A stretch of 64,000 bases of DNA from Anaerolineales bacterium. GTDB lineage: Bacteria; Chloroflexota; Anaerolineae; Anaerolineales; E44-bin32. This document shows positions 28,642 to 35,654 of the stretch, in pieces (positions within the stretch are counted from its first letter, which is position 1; each line of letters starts with the position of its first letter). Under the pieces are notes generated by a model. The model worked only from the letters and a program-made list of their open reading frames with translations, ran no database searches and was not told where the DNA came from. The translations under genes and the position numbers were made by a program. The stretch spans positions 739 through 64,738 of the forward strand of contig DATEVL010000155.1 in NCBI GenBank assembly GCA_035281845.1, given 5' to 3'.

Positions 28642-28986
28642 GTCATTCCGAGCGAAGCCGCCCTTGGCGCTCTGCACCGCCTCCGGTGCGCCGAAGGGCG
28701 TAGAGAGCGAAGGCGGAGCGACACTTGCACTTGCGCTGGCCGCGCAGCTGCCTAGTGCAGATGGGAATCCCTGTGGCGCGGCGGGTCGAATGCGAACTCG
28801 GGCGCGAGGCCTGCGCCCGTACAAGTCTCCAGAACACAACGCCATGGGGATTCCCACCTGCACCTGCGCTAGGCAGCGCAGCTGCACACCTGCCCTGGCG
28901 GGCGGTGCCAGGGGGCGCAGGTGTCGGGCACGCCCAAGGTTCTGTCGTTCCCCAAAGACGACTTCCCGGCGTGCCTTCGGAATGAC
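28642..28986. repeat. pair of inverted unit-U palindromic elements (MITE-like)
   Basis: Bounded by GTCATTCCGAGCG (28642) and its complement TCGGAATGAC (ends 28986). The inner ends are GCAGATGGGAATCCC (ends 28771) and GGGGATTCCCACCTGCAC (starts 28846). A module-A' word is nested inside the left unit. Confidence 0.8.
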
Positions 28987-29032
28987 GGGCGGGCAGGTCT
29001 CATGCCGCAAGTGAAGGTCATCGAGGGATGCA

Positions 29033-31555
29033 TTGCACGTCGATATTGAGCTTTACCGCCGGGAAGTGCGCCTCGGCGATGGCCGTCGGCTGGCCCTTTC
29101 AGCCATCGATATCTCACCCGAAACCGCCGAACGGACGATGGTTTTCGTGCATGGATTCGGCGGGAGCGCGCGGCAGTGGCGGTACCAGCTGGCCCACTTC
29201 GCCGATCGACACCGAACGATCGCCCTCGACCTGCGCGGCCACGGTCTGTCGGATCAACCGGACGGACCCTACGATCTGTCGACCCTGCTCGATGACCTGC
29301 ACGCCGCGCTGCAGGCCCTACACGTCACCAAGCCTTTCGTGCTGGTCGGTCATTCTTTCGGCGGGGCGCTGGCCGTCGAGTACTGTTTGCGACACCCGGC
29401 GCGGGTGTCGCATCTGGTTCTGATCGCGGCCTCGGGCAGGTACCCGTTGGCCTGGTACTTCCGTTGGGCGCTTCACCTGCCGCTTCCCTTGTTGAACGCG
29501 GTCTATCCCCTGCTGCGCAACACGATTCCGGCCCCGCCGCGCGTGCTCAAGCCGTTCTATTTCGACACGATGCGGGTTTGGGACGGATGGGATCGGCTGC
29601 GCCTGCTGCGGCCGCCGACCCTCGTGATTCGCGGCTATCGCGACCGAGTCTTCGAGAGGCCTCTATTCGAACGCGTCGCCCGCGAGATCCCGCGGGCGGA
29701 AGATCTCAACGTCGGGGCTTCCGGACACATGGTGATGCTGGAACGCCGCGAGGCGGTCAATCGGGCGATCGAGCGCTTTCTCAGCCGCGACCGCCGCACA
29801 TGGCGATCGGCGGTGGGCCCGGAGGCATTGCAGAAGAAGCGTCCCTGGTTGGCGTCCTACGACCGGGGCGTGCCCCACACCATCAGCGTCCCACCGATCC
29901 GGCTCGACGAGCTGCTGTCATCGGCGGCCCGGCGCTATCCCGGTCGCCCGGCGGTCGAGTACTTTGCCGCCCGAATCTCGTACCGCACCTTGGATCGCGA
30001 AGCCAACCGTTTCGCCCACGGTCTGCTGGCCCGGGGGATCGAGCCCGGCGACCAGGTGATGCTGCTCCTGCCCAATCTGCCGCAGATGATCATCGCCTTC
30101 TTCGGAACCCTGAAGGCCGGCGCCGTCGCCGTTTTCGCCACGCCGCTTTCCGAGCCCGACGAACTGGTGCGCCAGATTCAGGATTCGCGCACCCGCTTGT
30201 TGCTGACCCTGCCCGACCTGACCGACGTCGGCCTGCGTGCCCTCAACGAGACCGGGCTCGAGCAGGTGGTCGTGACCCGGGTGGCGGAGTATCTTCCGTG
30301 GTGGCAGGCGATCGCCTTCCGCCTGCGCCGTCGCACCCGCTCGCGCCCGCTGCCCGCTATCGGCTTTACTCACATGCGCGATCTGTTGAAGGGGCAACCC
30401 CACAATCGGCCGGCCACGGACGGCGATGGTGGCGACCTGGCTGTTCTGCAATACACCGGCGGCACGACCGACAAGCCCAAAGGCGTCATGCTTTCGCACG
30501 GTAACTTGGTGGCGAATGCCCTCCAGACGAGGCACTGGTTGCCCGACGTGGAGGAAGGCCGAGAGGTCACGCTGGCCGTTCTGCCCTATTCGCACATCTA
30601 CGGTTTGATGACGGCGATGATCGTGCCCGTGGCGATGGCCGGGGCGATGGTCATCCTGCCGCGCTTCGTCACCGGCGAGGTGCTCGGCGCCATCCGCCGG
30701 CGCAGGCCGACGCTCTTCCCCGGCGTGCCGGCGATGTACACGGCGATCAACGACTACCCGTCCGTCCGGCGCTACAACGTCGGCTCGATCCGCGCCTGCA
30801 TTTCCGGCGCGGCGCCGCTTCCGGTGGAAGTCCAGGAAGCTTTCGAAAGGCTCACGCGCGGCCGCCTCGTCGAGGGGTACGGTTTGACCGAGGCCGGCCC
30901 AGCGACCCACGCCAACCCCTTCGCCGGTGTTCGCAAGCCGGGCTCGATCGGCCTGCCTTTCCCCAGCACCGAAGCCAAGATCGTCGATCTGGCCAGCGGG
31001 AAGGATCTCCCCCAGGGTCGCATCGGCGAGCTGGCCGTGCGCGGTCCTCAAGTCATGCAGGGTTACTGGGGTGACCCTCAAGCCACCCGCGAGGCGCTGA
31101 CCCGCTCCGGCTGGCTGCTCACCGGCGACCTGGCCCGCATGGACGGCGACGGTTACTTCCAGATCGTGGCCCGCAAGAAAGAGATGATCCTGGCTGGCAA
31201 ATACCAGGTCTACCCTCGCGACGTCGAAGAGGTTCTCTACGAGCACCCGAAAGTCCGCGAAGCAGCCGTGGTCGGGGTCCAGGCGCCGCGCGGCGTGCTG
31301 GGGCGGGTCAAGGCCTACGTGGTGCTGCGCCAGGGCGAACGCGCGACGGAGGCCGAGCTGATCGCGTTGTGCCGCGCCCGGCTGGAGAGCTACGCCGTCC
31401 CCTGGAAGATCGAGTTCGTCACTGAGTTGCCCAAGTCATTCGTCGGGAAGGTCCTGCGCCGGATTCTCATCGAACGGTCCGAAGCCGAGTTGGAGCTCCT
31501 GACGACCGCACGGCCAAACCGTGGTCGACGCGCGGCAGCGAAAAAGAAACGTTGA
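29033..31555 (+). CDS. fusion protein: alpha/beta-hydrolase domain + long-chain acyl-CoA synthetase (AMP-forming, FadD-like)
   Basis: TTG start with GAGGGA SD. N-terminal ~270 aa carry VFVHGFGGSARQW and the nucleophile elbow GHSFGG. The C-terminal ~560 aa carry the AMP-binding motifs LQYTGGTTDKPKGVMLSHGN, YGLTEA, TGDLARMDGDGYFQIVARKKE. Confidence 0.8.
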   Translation: MHVDIELYRREVRLGDGRRLALSAIDISPETAERTMVFVHGFGGSARQWRYQLAHFADRHRTIALDLRGHGLSDQPDGPYDLSTLLDDLHAALQALHVTKPFVLVGHSFGGALAVEYCLRHPARVSHLVLIAASGRYPLAWYFRWALHLPLPLLNAVYPLLRNTIPAPPRVLKPFYFDTMRVWDGWDRLRLLRPPTLVIRGYRDRVFERPLFERVAREIPRAEDLNVGASGHMVMLERREAVNRAIERFLSRDRRTWRSAVGPEALQKKRPWLASYDRGVPHTISVPPIRLDELLSSAARRYPGRPAVEYFAARISYRTLDREANRFAHGLLARGIEPGDQVMLLLPNLPQMIIAFFGTLKAGAVAVFATPLSEPDELVRQIQDSRTRLLLTLPDLTDVGLRALNETGLEQVVVTRVAEYLPWWQAIAFRLRRRTRSRPLPAIGFTHMRDLLKGQPHNRPATDGDGGDLAVLQYTGGTTDKPKGVMLSHGNLVANALQTRHWLPDVEEGREVTLAVLPYSHIYGLMTAMIVPVAMAGAMVILPRFVTGEVLGAIRRRRPTLFPGVPAMYTAINDYPSVRRYNVGSIRACISGAAPLPVEVQEAFERLTRGRLVEGYGLTEAGPATHANPFAGVRKPGSIGLPFPSTEAKIVDLASGKDLPQGRIGELAVRGPQVMQGYWGDPQATREALTRSGWLLTGDLARMDGDGYFQIVARKKEMILAGKYQVYPRDVEEVLYEHPKVREAAVVGVQAPRGVLGRVKAYVVLRQGERATEAELIALCRARLESYAVPWKIEFVTELPKSFVGKVLRRILIERSEAELELLTTARPNRGRRAAAKKKR

Positions 31556-31601
31556 GAACCCTGCAATCGCCGGAAGGGGAGGCCCGGGCGGAGCTGCCGT
31601 T

Positions 31602-32456
31602 GTGAGCCAGCCAGACTCGTTCGTTTTCGGCACCGTCGGGTCTCCCCGGTCCATGCCCCCGAAGCCTGGTGGGTCGGTTGGCGCCGTCCAGCACATGGCG
31701 CACCTCGGGTTGATGGCGCTCGAATTGGGTTGGGTGCAATCCGTCCGAGTGACGGAGTCCACCTGCGACCAGATTCGCCAGGCTGCCGCCGCGATGGGCG
31801 TGTCTCTCAGCGTGCACGCGCCTTACTACATCAACCTCAACGCCGGGCGCGCCGAGTGGCCCAAGGCGCGGCGTCGTCTGATGGACGCCGCTCACTACGG
31901 GAACCTGGCCGGGGCAACCGAGATCGTGTTCCATCCGGGATCTTACTTTGAAGCTTCCCCGGAGGTTGTGTTGAAGAAGGCCCTGCCGCGCCTGCAGGCT
32001 TGCCTCCAAGATCTTCGCCGCGCCGGGAACCCCGTTCGTCTGCGCCCCGAGACGATGGGCAAGTCAGCGATGCTCGGATCCCTCGAAGATGTCGTGACGA
32101 TGAGCCAGGAGGTCGAAGGGGTCGAGCCGTGCCTGGACTTCGCCCATCTGCACGCCCGTCCCGGCGACGGTTCGATGAATTCGTACGAGGAGTGGCTGAA
32201 AGCTTTGCAGACCTACCAACAGCGGCTCGGCGCCGACTCCCTGCGTCGCCTGCACATCCATCTCTCCGGGATCGAGTACGGACCGAAGGGGGAAAGGAAG
32301 CATCTTCGCCTGGTCGACTCGGACCTCGATCTCGCCCCATTGCTGCGCGCCCTGAATGATCTCGGCTGCGGCGGCCGCGTCCTGTGCGAGAGCCCCGTCA
32401 TGGAGGAGGACGCCCTCCTGATGAAGGCCACGTGGGAACAGCTGGCCGGAGGATGA
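31602..32456 (+). CDS. nfo: endonuclease IV-like (AP endonuclease family 2, TIM barrel)
   Basis: Start set to the GTG at 31602, after the upstream stop. Nfo-like metal-site motifs HAPYYINL, FHPGS, ETMGK, LDFAHLHA, HIHLSG. The exact start is uncertain. Confidence 0.65.
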   Translation: MSQPDSFVFGTVGSPRSMPPKPGGSVGAVQHMAHLGLMALELGWVQSVRVTESTCDQIRQAAAAMGVSLSVHAPYYINLNAGRAEWPKARRRLMDAAHYGNLAGATEIVFHPGSYFEASPEVVLKKALPRLQACLQDLRRAGNPVRLRPETMGKSAMLGSLEDVVTMSQEVEGVEPCLDFAHLHARPGDGSMNSYEEWLKALQTYQQRLGADSLRRLHIHLSGIEYGPKGERKHLRLVDSDLDLAPLLRALNDLGCGGRVLCESPVMEEDALLMKATWEQLAGG

Positions 32457-33070
32457 ACCTCGAGCAACGGAAAGCAGCCCTCGATGCGCTCCATCGGCGG
32501 ATGCGCCGTTGCCGTCGCTGCCTAGAGCTCGGCTGCACGATCGTCCCGCCGGCGATTTTCACCGGCGGGATCGGCGCCAGGGTCATGATCGTCGGCCAAG
32601 CGCCGGGTTCGCGCGAAGTGGAAGCGCGCCGACCCTTTCACGCGCAGAGCGGCACGCGGCTCTTCCAATGGCTGGCCCAAGCAGGATTCGAAGAAACGGA
32701 ATTCCGCGCCCAGCAGTACCTGACGTCCGTGACGAAATGCTTCCCCGGCAAGGCGGCTTCCGGCAGCGGCGACCGCAAACCCACGACGCCCGAGATCGAC
32801 GCTTGCTCGGTATTTCTGGGGGCCCAGCTGAGGTTGGTGGATCCGGCCCTGGTCATCCCCGTCGGCCGACTGGCCATCGACGTCTTCCTCCCCGAACGTC
32901 CCGCGTTGGAGTCGGTTATCGGCACCCGCCTCGAGATCTCAGGACGGGTGATCGTCCCGTTGCCACACCCTTCGGGGGCGAGCCGCTGGCACCAGCTCCC
33001 GGCGAACCGCAGGCGAATCCAACGGGCGATCGGGCTCATCCAGGCAGAGAGGATCCGGCTGGGGTTGTGA
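32453..33070 (+). CDS. family-4 uracil-DNA glycosylase
   Basis: Trimmed to the ATG at 32453, overlapping the nfo-like stop (ATGA). 4Fe-4S Cys pattern CRRCLELGC, plus MIVGQAPG and a C-terminal HPSG motif. Confidence 0.8.
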   Translation: MNLEQRKAALDALHRRMRRCRRCLELGCTIVPPAIFTGGIGARVMIVGQAPGSREVEARRPFHAQSGTRLFQWLAQAGFEETEFRAQQYLTSVTKCFPGKAASGSGDRKPTTPEIDACSVFLGAQLRLVDPALVIPVGRLAIDVFLPERPALESVIGTRLEISGRVIVPLPHPSGASRWHQLPANRRRIQRAIGLIQAERIRLGL

Positions 33071-33112
33071 CCCGGGGTCGATTTGCGGCCGTGGTCTTGC
33101 GCCGTCTGGGCC

Positions 33113-33261
33113 GTAGTCCTGGGCTTTAACCCAGGTCTTCCGATCTTCTCCGCCCCGGCCTAAAGGCCGGGACTACATTTCGATCCTTTGCCCCGCTGTA
33201 GTCCTGGGCTTTAGCCCAGGTCTTCCGATCTTCTCCGACGCGGCCTGAAGGCCGGGATTAC
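33113..33261 (+). repeat. two tandem 64-nt structured repeats (three-way-junction fold), 85-nt period
   Basis: Copy 1 at 33113-33176, copy 2 at 33198-33261, 5 differences in 64 nt. Each has closing stem GTAGTCC/GGACTAC, hairpin CTGGG-CTTTAA-CCCAG, a 17-nt linker TCTTCCGATCTTCTCCG and hairpin CCGGCC-TAAA-GGCCGG. Strand is assigned from a G-T (G.U) wobble in copy 2. Confidence 0.8.
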
Positions 33262-33303
33262 ACCGTCAGCTCTTGGGGCCTGCCCGGGGCTGTCACGCCT
33301 GCA

Positions 33304-33336
33304 CCCCTCTCCCGAGCATGTTGCTCGGAAGAGGGG
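33304..33336. repeat. 15-bp-stem GC-rich hairpin
   Basis: CCCCTCTCCCGAGCA-TGT-TGCTCGGAAGAGGGG, followed by CCCGAGGGTGAGGG. Lies 24 nt beyond the stop of the minus-strand gene at 33360. There is no U-tract on either strand. Confidence 0.7.
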
Positions 33337-33359
33337 CCCGAGGGTGAGGGTCCCCGCCG

Positions 33360-34295
33360 TCAAACTCCGAAAACCGGCGCCTCTTCCGTCGGCTGGGCGC
33401 CCCCGTCCTGTCGTTGGCGGTCCCGCAGTCTGTCGCGCAGCCCGTCTTGGATGCGCTCGCGGAGTCGCTCGCCCGGCTTCGCGGCCCCGACCCAGACCGC
33501 CACCAGATGTCCGTCTTCCTCGCGAGCGCCAACCGCCGCCATCATCCCGATCTCCAGATCGTCGAAGGAGGCGATGCTCCCGTCCCGCGATTTGAAGACC
33601 GTCGACTCGACGATGAAGATGGTCACCGTCGCGCCGTCGCTCTTCTCGAGAGTGAAGCTGTCGTCTCCCAGATCGACGATCTCCCCGACAAGGCGCTCGC
33701 CGTCTCTCGGGCGGTCTTCAGGGTTGCCCGCCGCAACGAGCAACGCCAGCCACTTGCCGTCCTCGCCCTGGATCGCGGCCACAACCACGTGCATCCCCTT
33801 CTTCAGGTCGTGGATGTCCTGGACCGATCCATCCCGGCTGCGGAAGCGCGTTCGATCACCGGTCTGGAACTCCCAATCCTCGCCTTCGCTGGTCTCCACC
33901 GTGAACGTCCCCTGCCCCGGGACGACGCCGGAAACAACGCCCGAAACGCGCACATGCTCTCCCTTACTTCCGACCGCCACGTGAAGGGCCAGAAGGCTGC
34001 CGTCTTCCAGCTTCTCGGCGGCCACAATGGCCATCATCCCCGACTCGAGGTCTTCCAGGCCGTCCACCTCGCCGCTGCGGCTGTGGAATCGCGTTTCGTC
34101 ATTGACTTCGAAACGCAGATCTTCTCCCTTGCGCGTATGCAGAGTGAAGATCGAGGCGGCCGTGTCGACCACCGTGATCTCGCCGCCGGCGCGCACGCCC
34201 GCCGCGGATGTTTCCCCCTCGGCGAACGCCGCCAGCGGGAAGACCAGCCCGACCACAACCGCCAGAACGACCGCCTTACCCCATCGAGACATCAT
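33360..34295 (-). CDS. secreted protein with three internal ~70-aa repeats (DUF5666-like)
   Basis: Trimmed to the ATG at 34295 (GGAGG SD; MMSRWGKAVVLAVVVGLVFPLAAFA signal peptide). Three repeats of the pattern F(T/E)...TRF.SRDGS...DL..GM.V..A....DG..LA..V. Arg/Asp-rich tail. Confidence 0.7.
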   Translation of the reverse strand: MMSRWGKAVVLAVVVGLVFPLAAFAEGETSAAGVRAGGEITVVDTAASIFTLHTRKGEDLRFEVNDETRFHSRSGEVDGLEDLESGMMAIVAAEKLEDGSLLALHVAVGSKGEHVRVSGVVSGVVPGQGTFTVETSEGEDWEFQTGDRTRFRSRDGSVQDIHDLKKGMHVVVAAIQGEDGKWLALLVAAGNPEDRPRDGERLVGEIVDLGDDSFTLEKSDGATVTIFIVESTVFKSRDGSIASFDDLEIGMMAAVGAREEDGHLVAVWVGAAKPGERLRERIQDGLRDRLRDRQRQDGGAQPTEEAPVFGV

Positions 34296-34386
34296 TCTTG
34301 CCTCCAACCCGCCTTGTATGGTCGGAGGATGCACGAAACCAGCTACCGTATTGTTTTCGGCTTGTTAGAGGGTTGTAAACCCCGAC

Positions 34387-35031
34387 TCAGGGCGGAGGGA
34401 ACAGAACTTCCTCGCGCCCGGCGAACTTCGCCTGCATCCGGTCGATGACGATCTCCAGATGCTGCGGCTGATGGACGAAATCGAGATCGTCCGTGCGCAG
34501 GGTGAGCACCGGACACAGATCAAAGGCCGCCAGCCACTGCTCATACTTCTGCTCAAGCAAAGCCAGGTAGGTTTCGGTCACCCCGGCTTCGATCGGGCGG
34601 GCACGATCGCGAATCCGCCTGAGCAGCACCGAGACCGGCGCTCTGAGGTGAAGCAGCAGGTCCGGCGCCGGCAAGCTGGCCAGGACGAGTTCATACACAC
34701 TGCGATACGCCTGATAGTCGCGCGGGGCGATGTTGCCCAGATCGAGGCTGGTACGGGCGAAGATTTCGGCGTCCTCGTAGATCGATCGGTCGACAATCGC
34801 CGACTCGGCGGCGCGCGCCAGCGCCAGGTGCTGGCGCGCCCGATGGCCCAGGAAGAAGACCTGCAGGTGGAAGGCCCAGGCGTGCATGTCCTGGTAGAAG
34901 TCGGCCAGGTACGGGTTGTCTTGAACCGACTCGAATCCGGTGATCCAGCCCAGCCGTTCGCCGAGCCGCTCGGTAAGCGATGTCTTGCCGGTACCGATGT
35001 TACCGGCGACCAGGACGAAACGTTTGGTCAT
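34387..35031 (-). CDS. deoxynucleoside kinase family protein
   Basis: P-loop VAGNIGTGKTSL, DRSIYED motif, lid-like LLRRIRDRARPIE. No SD; the start abuts heptad hairpin copy B. Confidence 0.8.
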   Translation of the reverse strand: MTKRFVLVAGNIGTGKTSLTERLGERLGWITGFESVQDNPYLADFYQDMHAWAFHLQVFFLGHRARQHLALARAAESAIVDRSIYEDAEIFARTSLDLGNIAPRDYQAYRSVYELVLASLPAPDLLLHLRAPVSVLLRRIRDRARPIEAGVTETYLALLEQKYEQWLAAFDLCPVLTLRTDDLDFVHQPQHLEIVIDRMQAKFAGREEVLFPPP

Positions 35032-35036
35032 GTTTA

Positions 35037-35143
35037 GCGGTCAGTGGTCAGTGGTCCGTGGCCAGCGTGATCGCAGGACTCCAATCCATTTCGCTGGTCG
35101 CCAATCATCGATCTCCTCTGACCACCGACCACTGACCACTGCC
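35037..35143. repeat. heptanucleotide-tandem hairpin element (copy B)
   Basis: Left arm GGTCAGT GGTCAGT GGTCCGT GGCCAGC, ~48-nt loop, right arm CTGACCA CCGACCA CTGACCA CTGCC. Fills the gap between the stop at 35144 and the kinase start at 35031. Confidence 0.85.
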
Positions 35144-35506
35144 TCACAACAGCCCATCGACCGACCCGTCGATGAGCATCTGCAGGCGAAGAATCATGCG
35201 ATCCGTCTGTTCCCCGGCGGATCTCATTCTCTTGAATCCGTCATCGGTCCCGATCTTGAGCGCGTCATGCAAGCCGACCAGCTGGGGAAGGATGACGCGG
35301 TCGATGTAGTCGCGGATCTGTACCACTTCCTCCGCCTTGCGGACGCGCGGGGATTCGAGCATGACTCGCAAGTCGGCCAGGCCGACCAGGGTTCGCTCGA
35401 CCGTCTCCTCCGTTTCCGTTGCCGTCTTCATCGTCTCGGAGACATTTCGCAGACCGTCGAGAGTCTCGCGGAAAGTGATCATCGGTGGATTCCCCTGGAA
35501 CTCCAA
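35144..35506 (-). CDS. hypothetical small helical protein (about 112-120 aa)
   Basis: TTG at 35506 or ATG (MITFRE) at 35482. No motif recognised. Predicted all-helical and acidic. Bracketed by heptad hairpins B and C, between nrdJ and the deoxynucleoside kinase. Confidence 0.5.
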   Translation of the reverse strand: MEFQGNPPMITFRETLDGLRNVSETMKTATETEETVERTLVGLADLRVMLESPRVRKAEEVVQIRDYIDRVILPQLVGLHDALKIGTDDGFKRMRSAGEQTDRMILRLQMLIDGSVDGLL

Positions 35507-35565
35507 GGCGGTCAGGCACCGCCTGCGAGTATCTTACCCCAGAGTGGTGGAAGTTGGTGCCGGGA

Positions 35566-35645
35566 GAGTGGTCCGTGGTCGGTGGTCAGTGGTCAGACGG
35601 CGTCGATTCGTGACCTTCTGGCCACTGACCACTCACCACGGACCC
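35566..35645. repeat. heptanucleotide-tandem hairpin element (copy C)
   Basis: GAGTGGT CCGTGGT CGGTGGT CAGTGGT CAG, loop, CTGGCCA CTGACCA CTCACCA CGGACCC. Ends 9 nt from the nrdJ stop. Confidence 0.85.
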
Positions 35646-35654
35646 CTGCTTTCG

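Noticed and set aside
26916-31246. 523-aa (26916-28487) and 442-aa (29918-31246) minus-strand ORFs
   Set aside because: Antisense to the histidine kinase and to the hydrolase-FadD fusion respectively. Both real genes have complete motif sets. The antisense products are low-complexity.
35037-35645. Integron-like gene cassette (small ORF flanked by hairpins resembling attC)
   Set aside because: The hairpins lack the GTTRRRY/RYYYAAC core sites. They consist of heptad repeats also found at non-cassette positions, and there is no intI gene or attI in the window.
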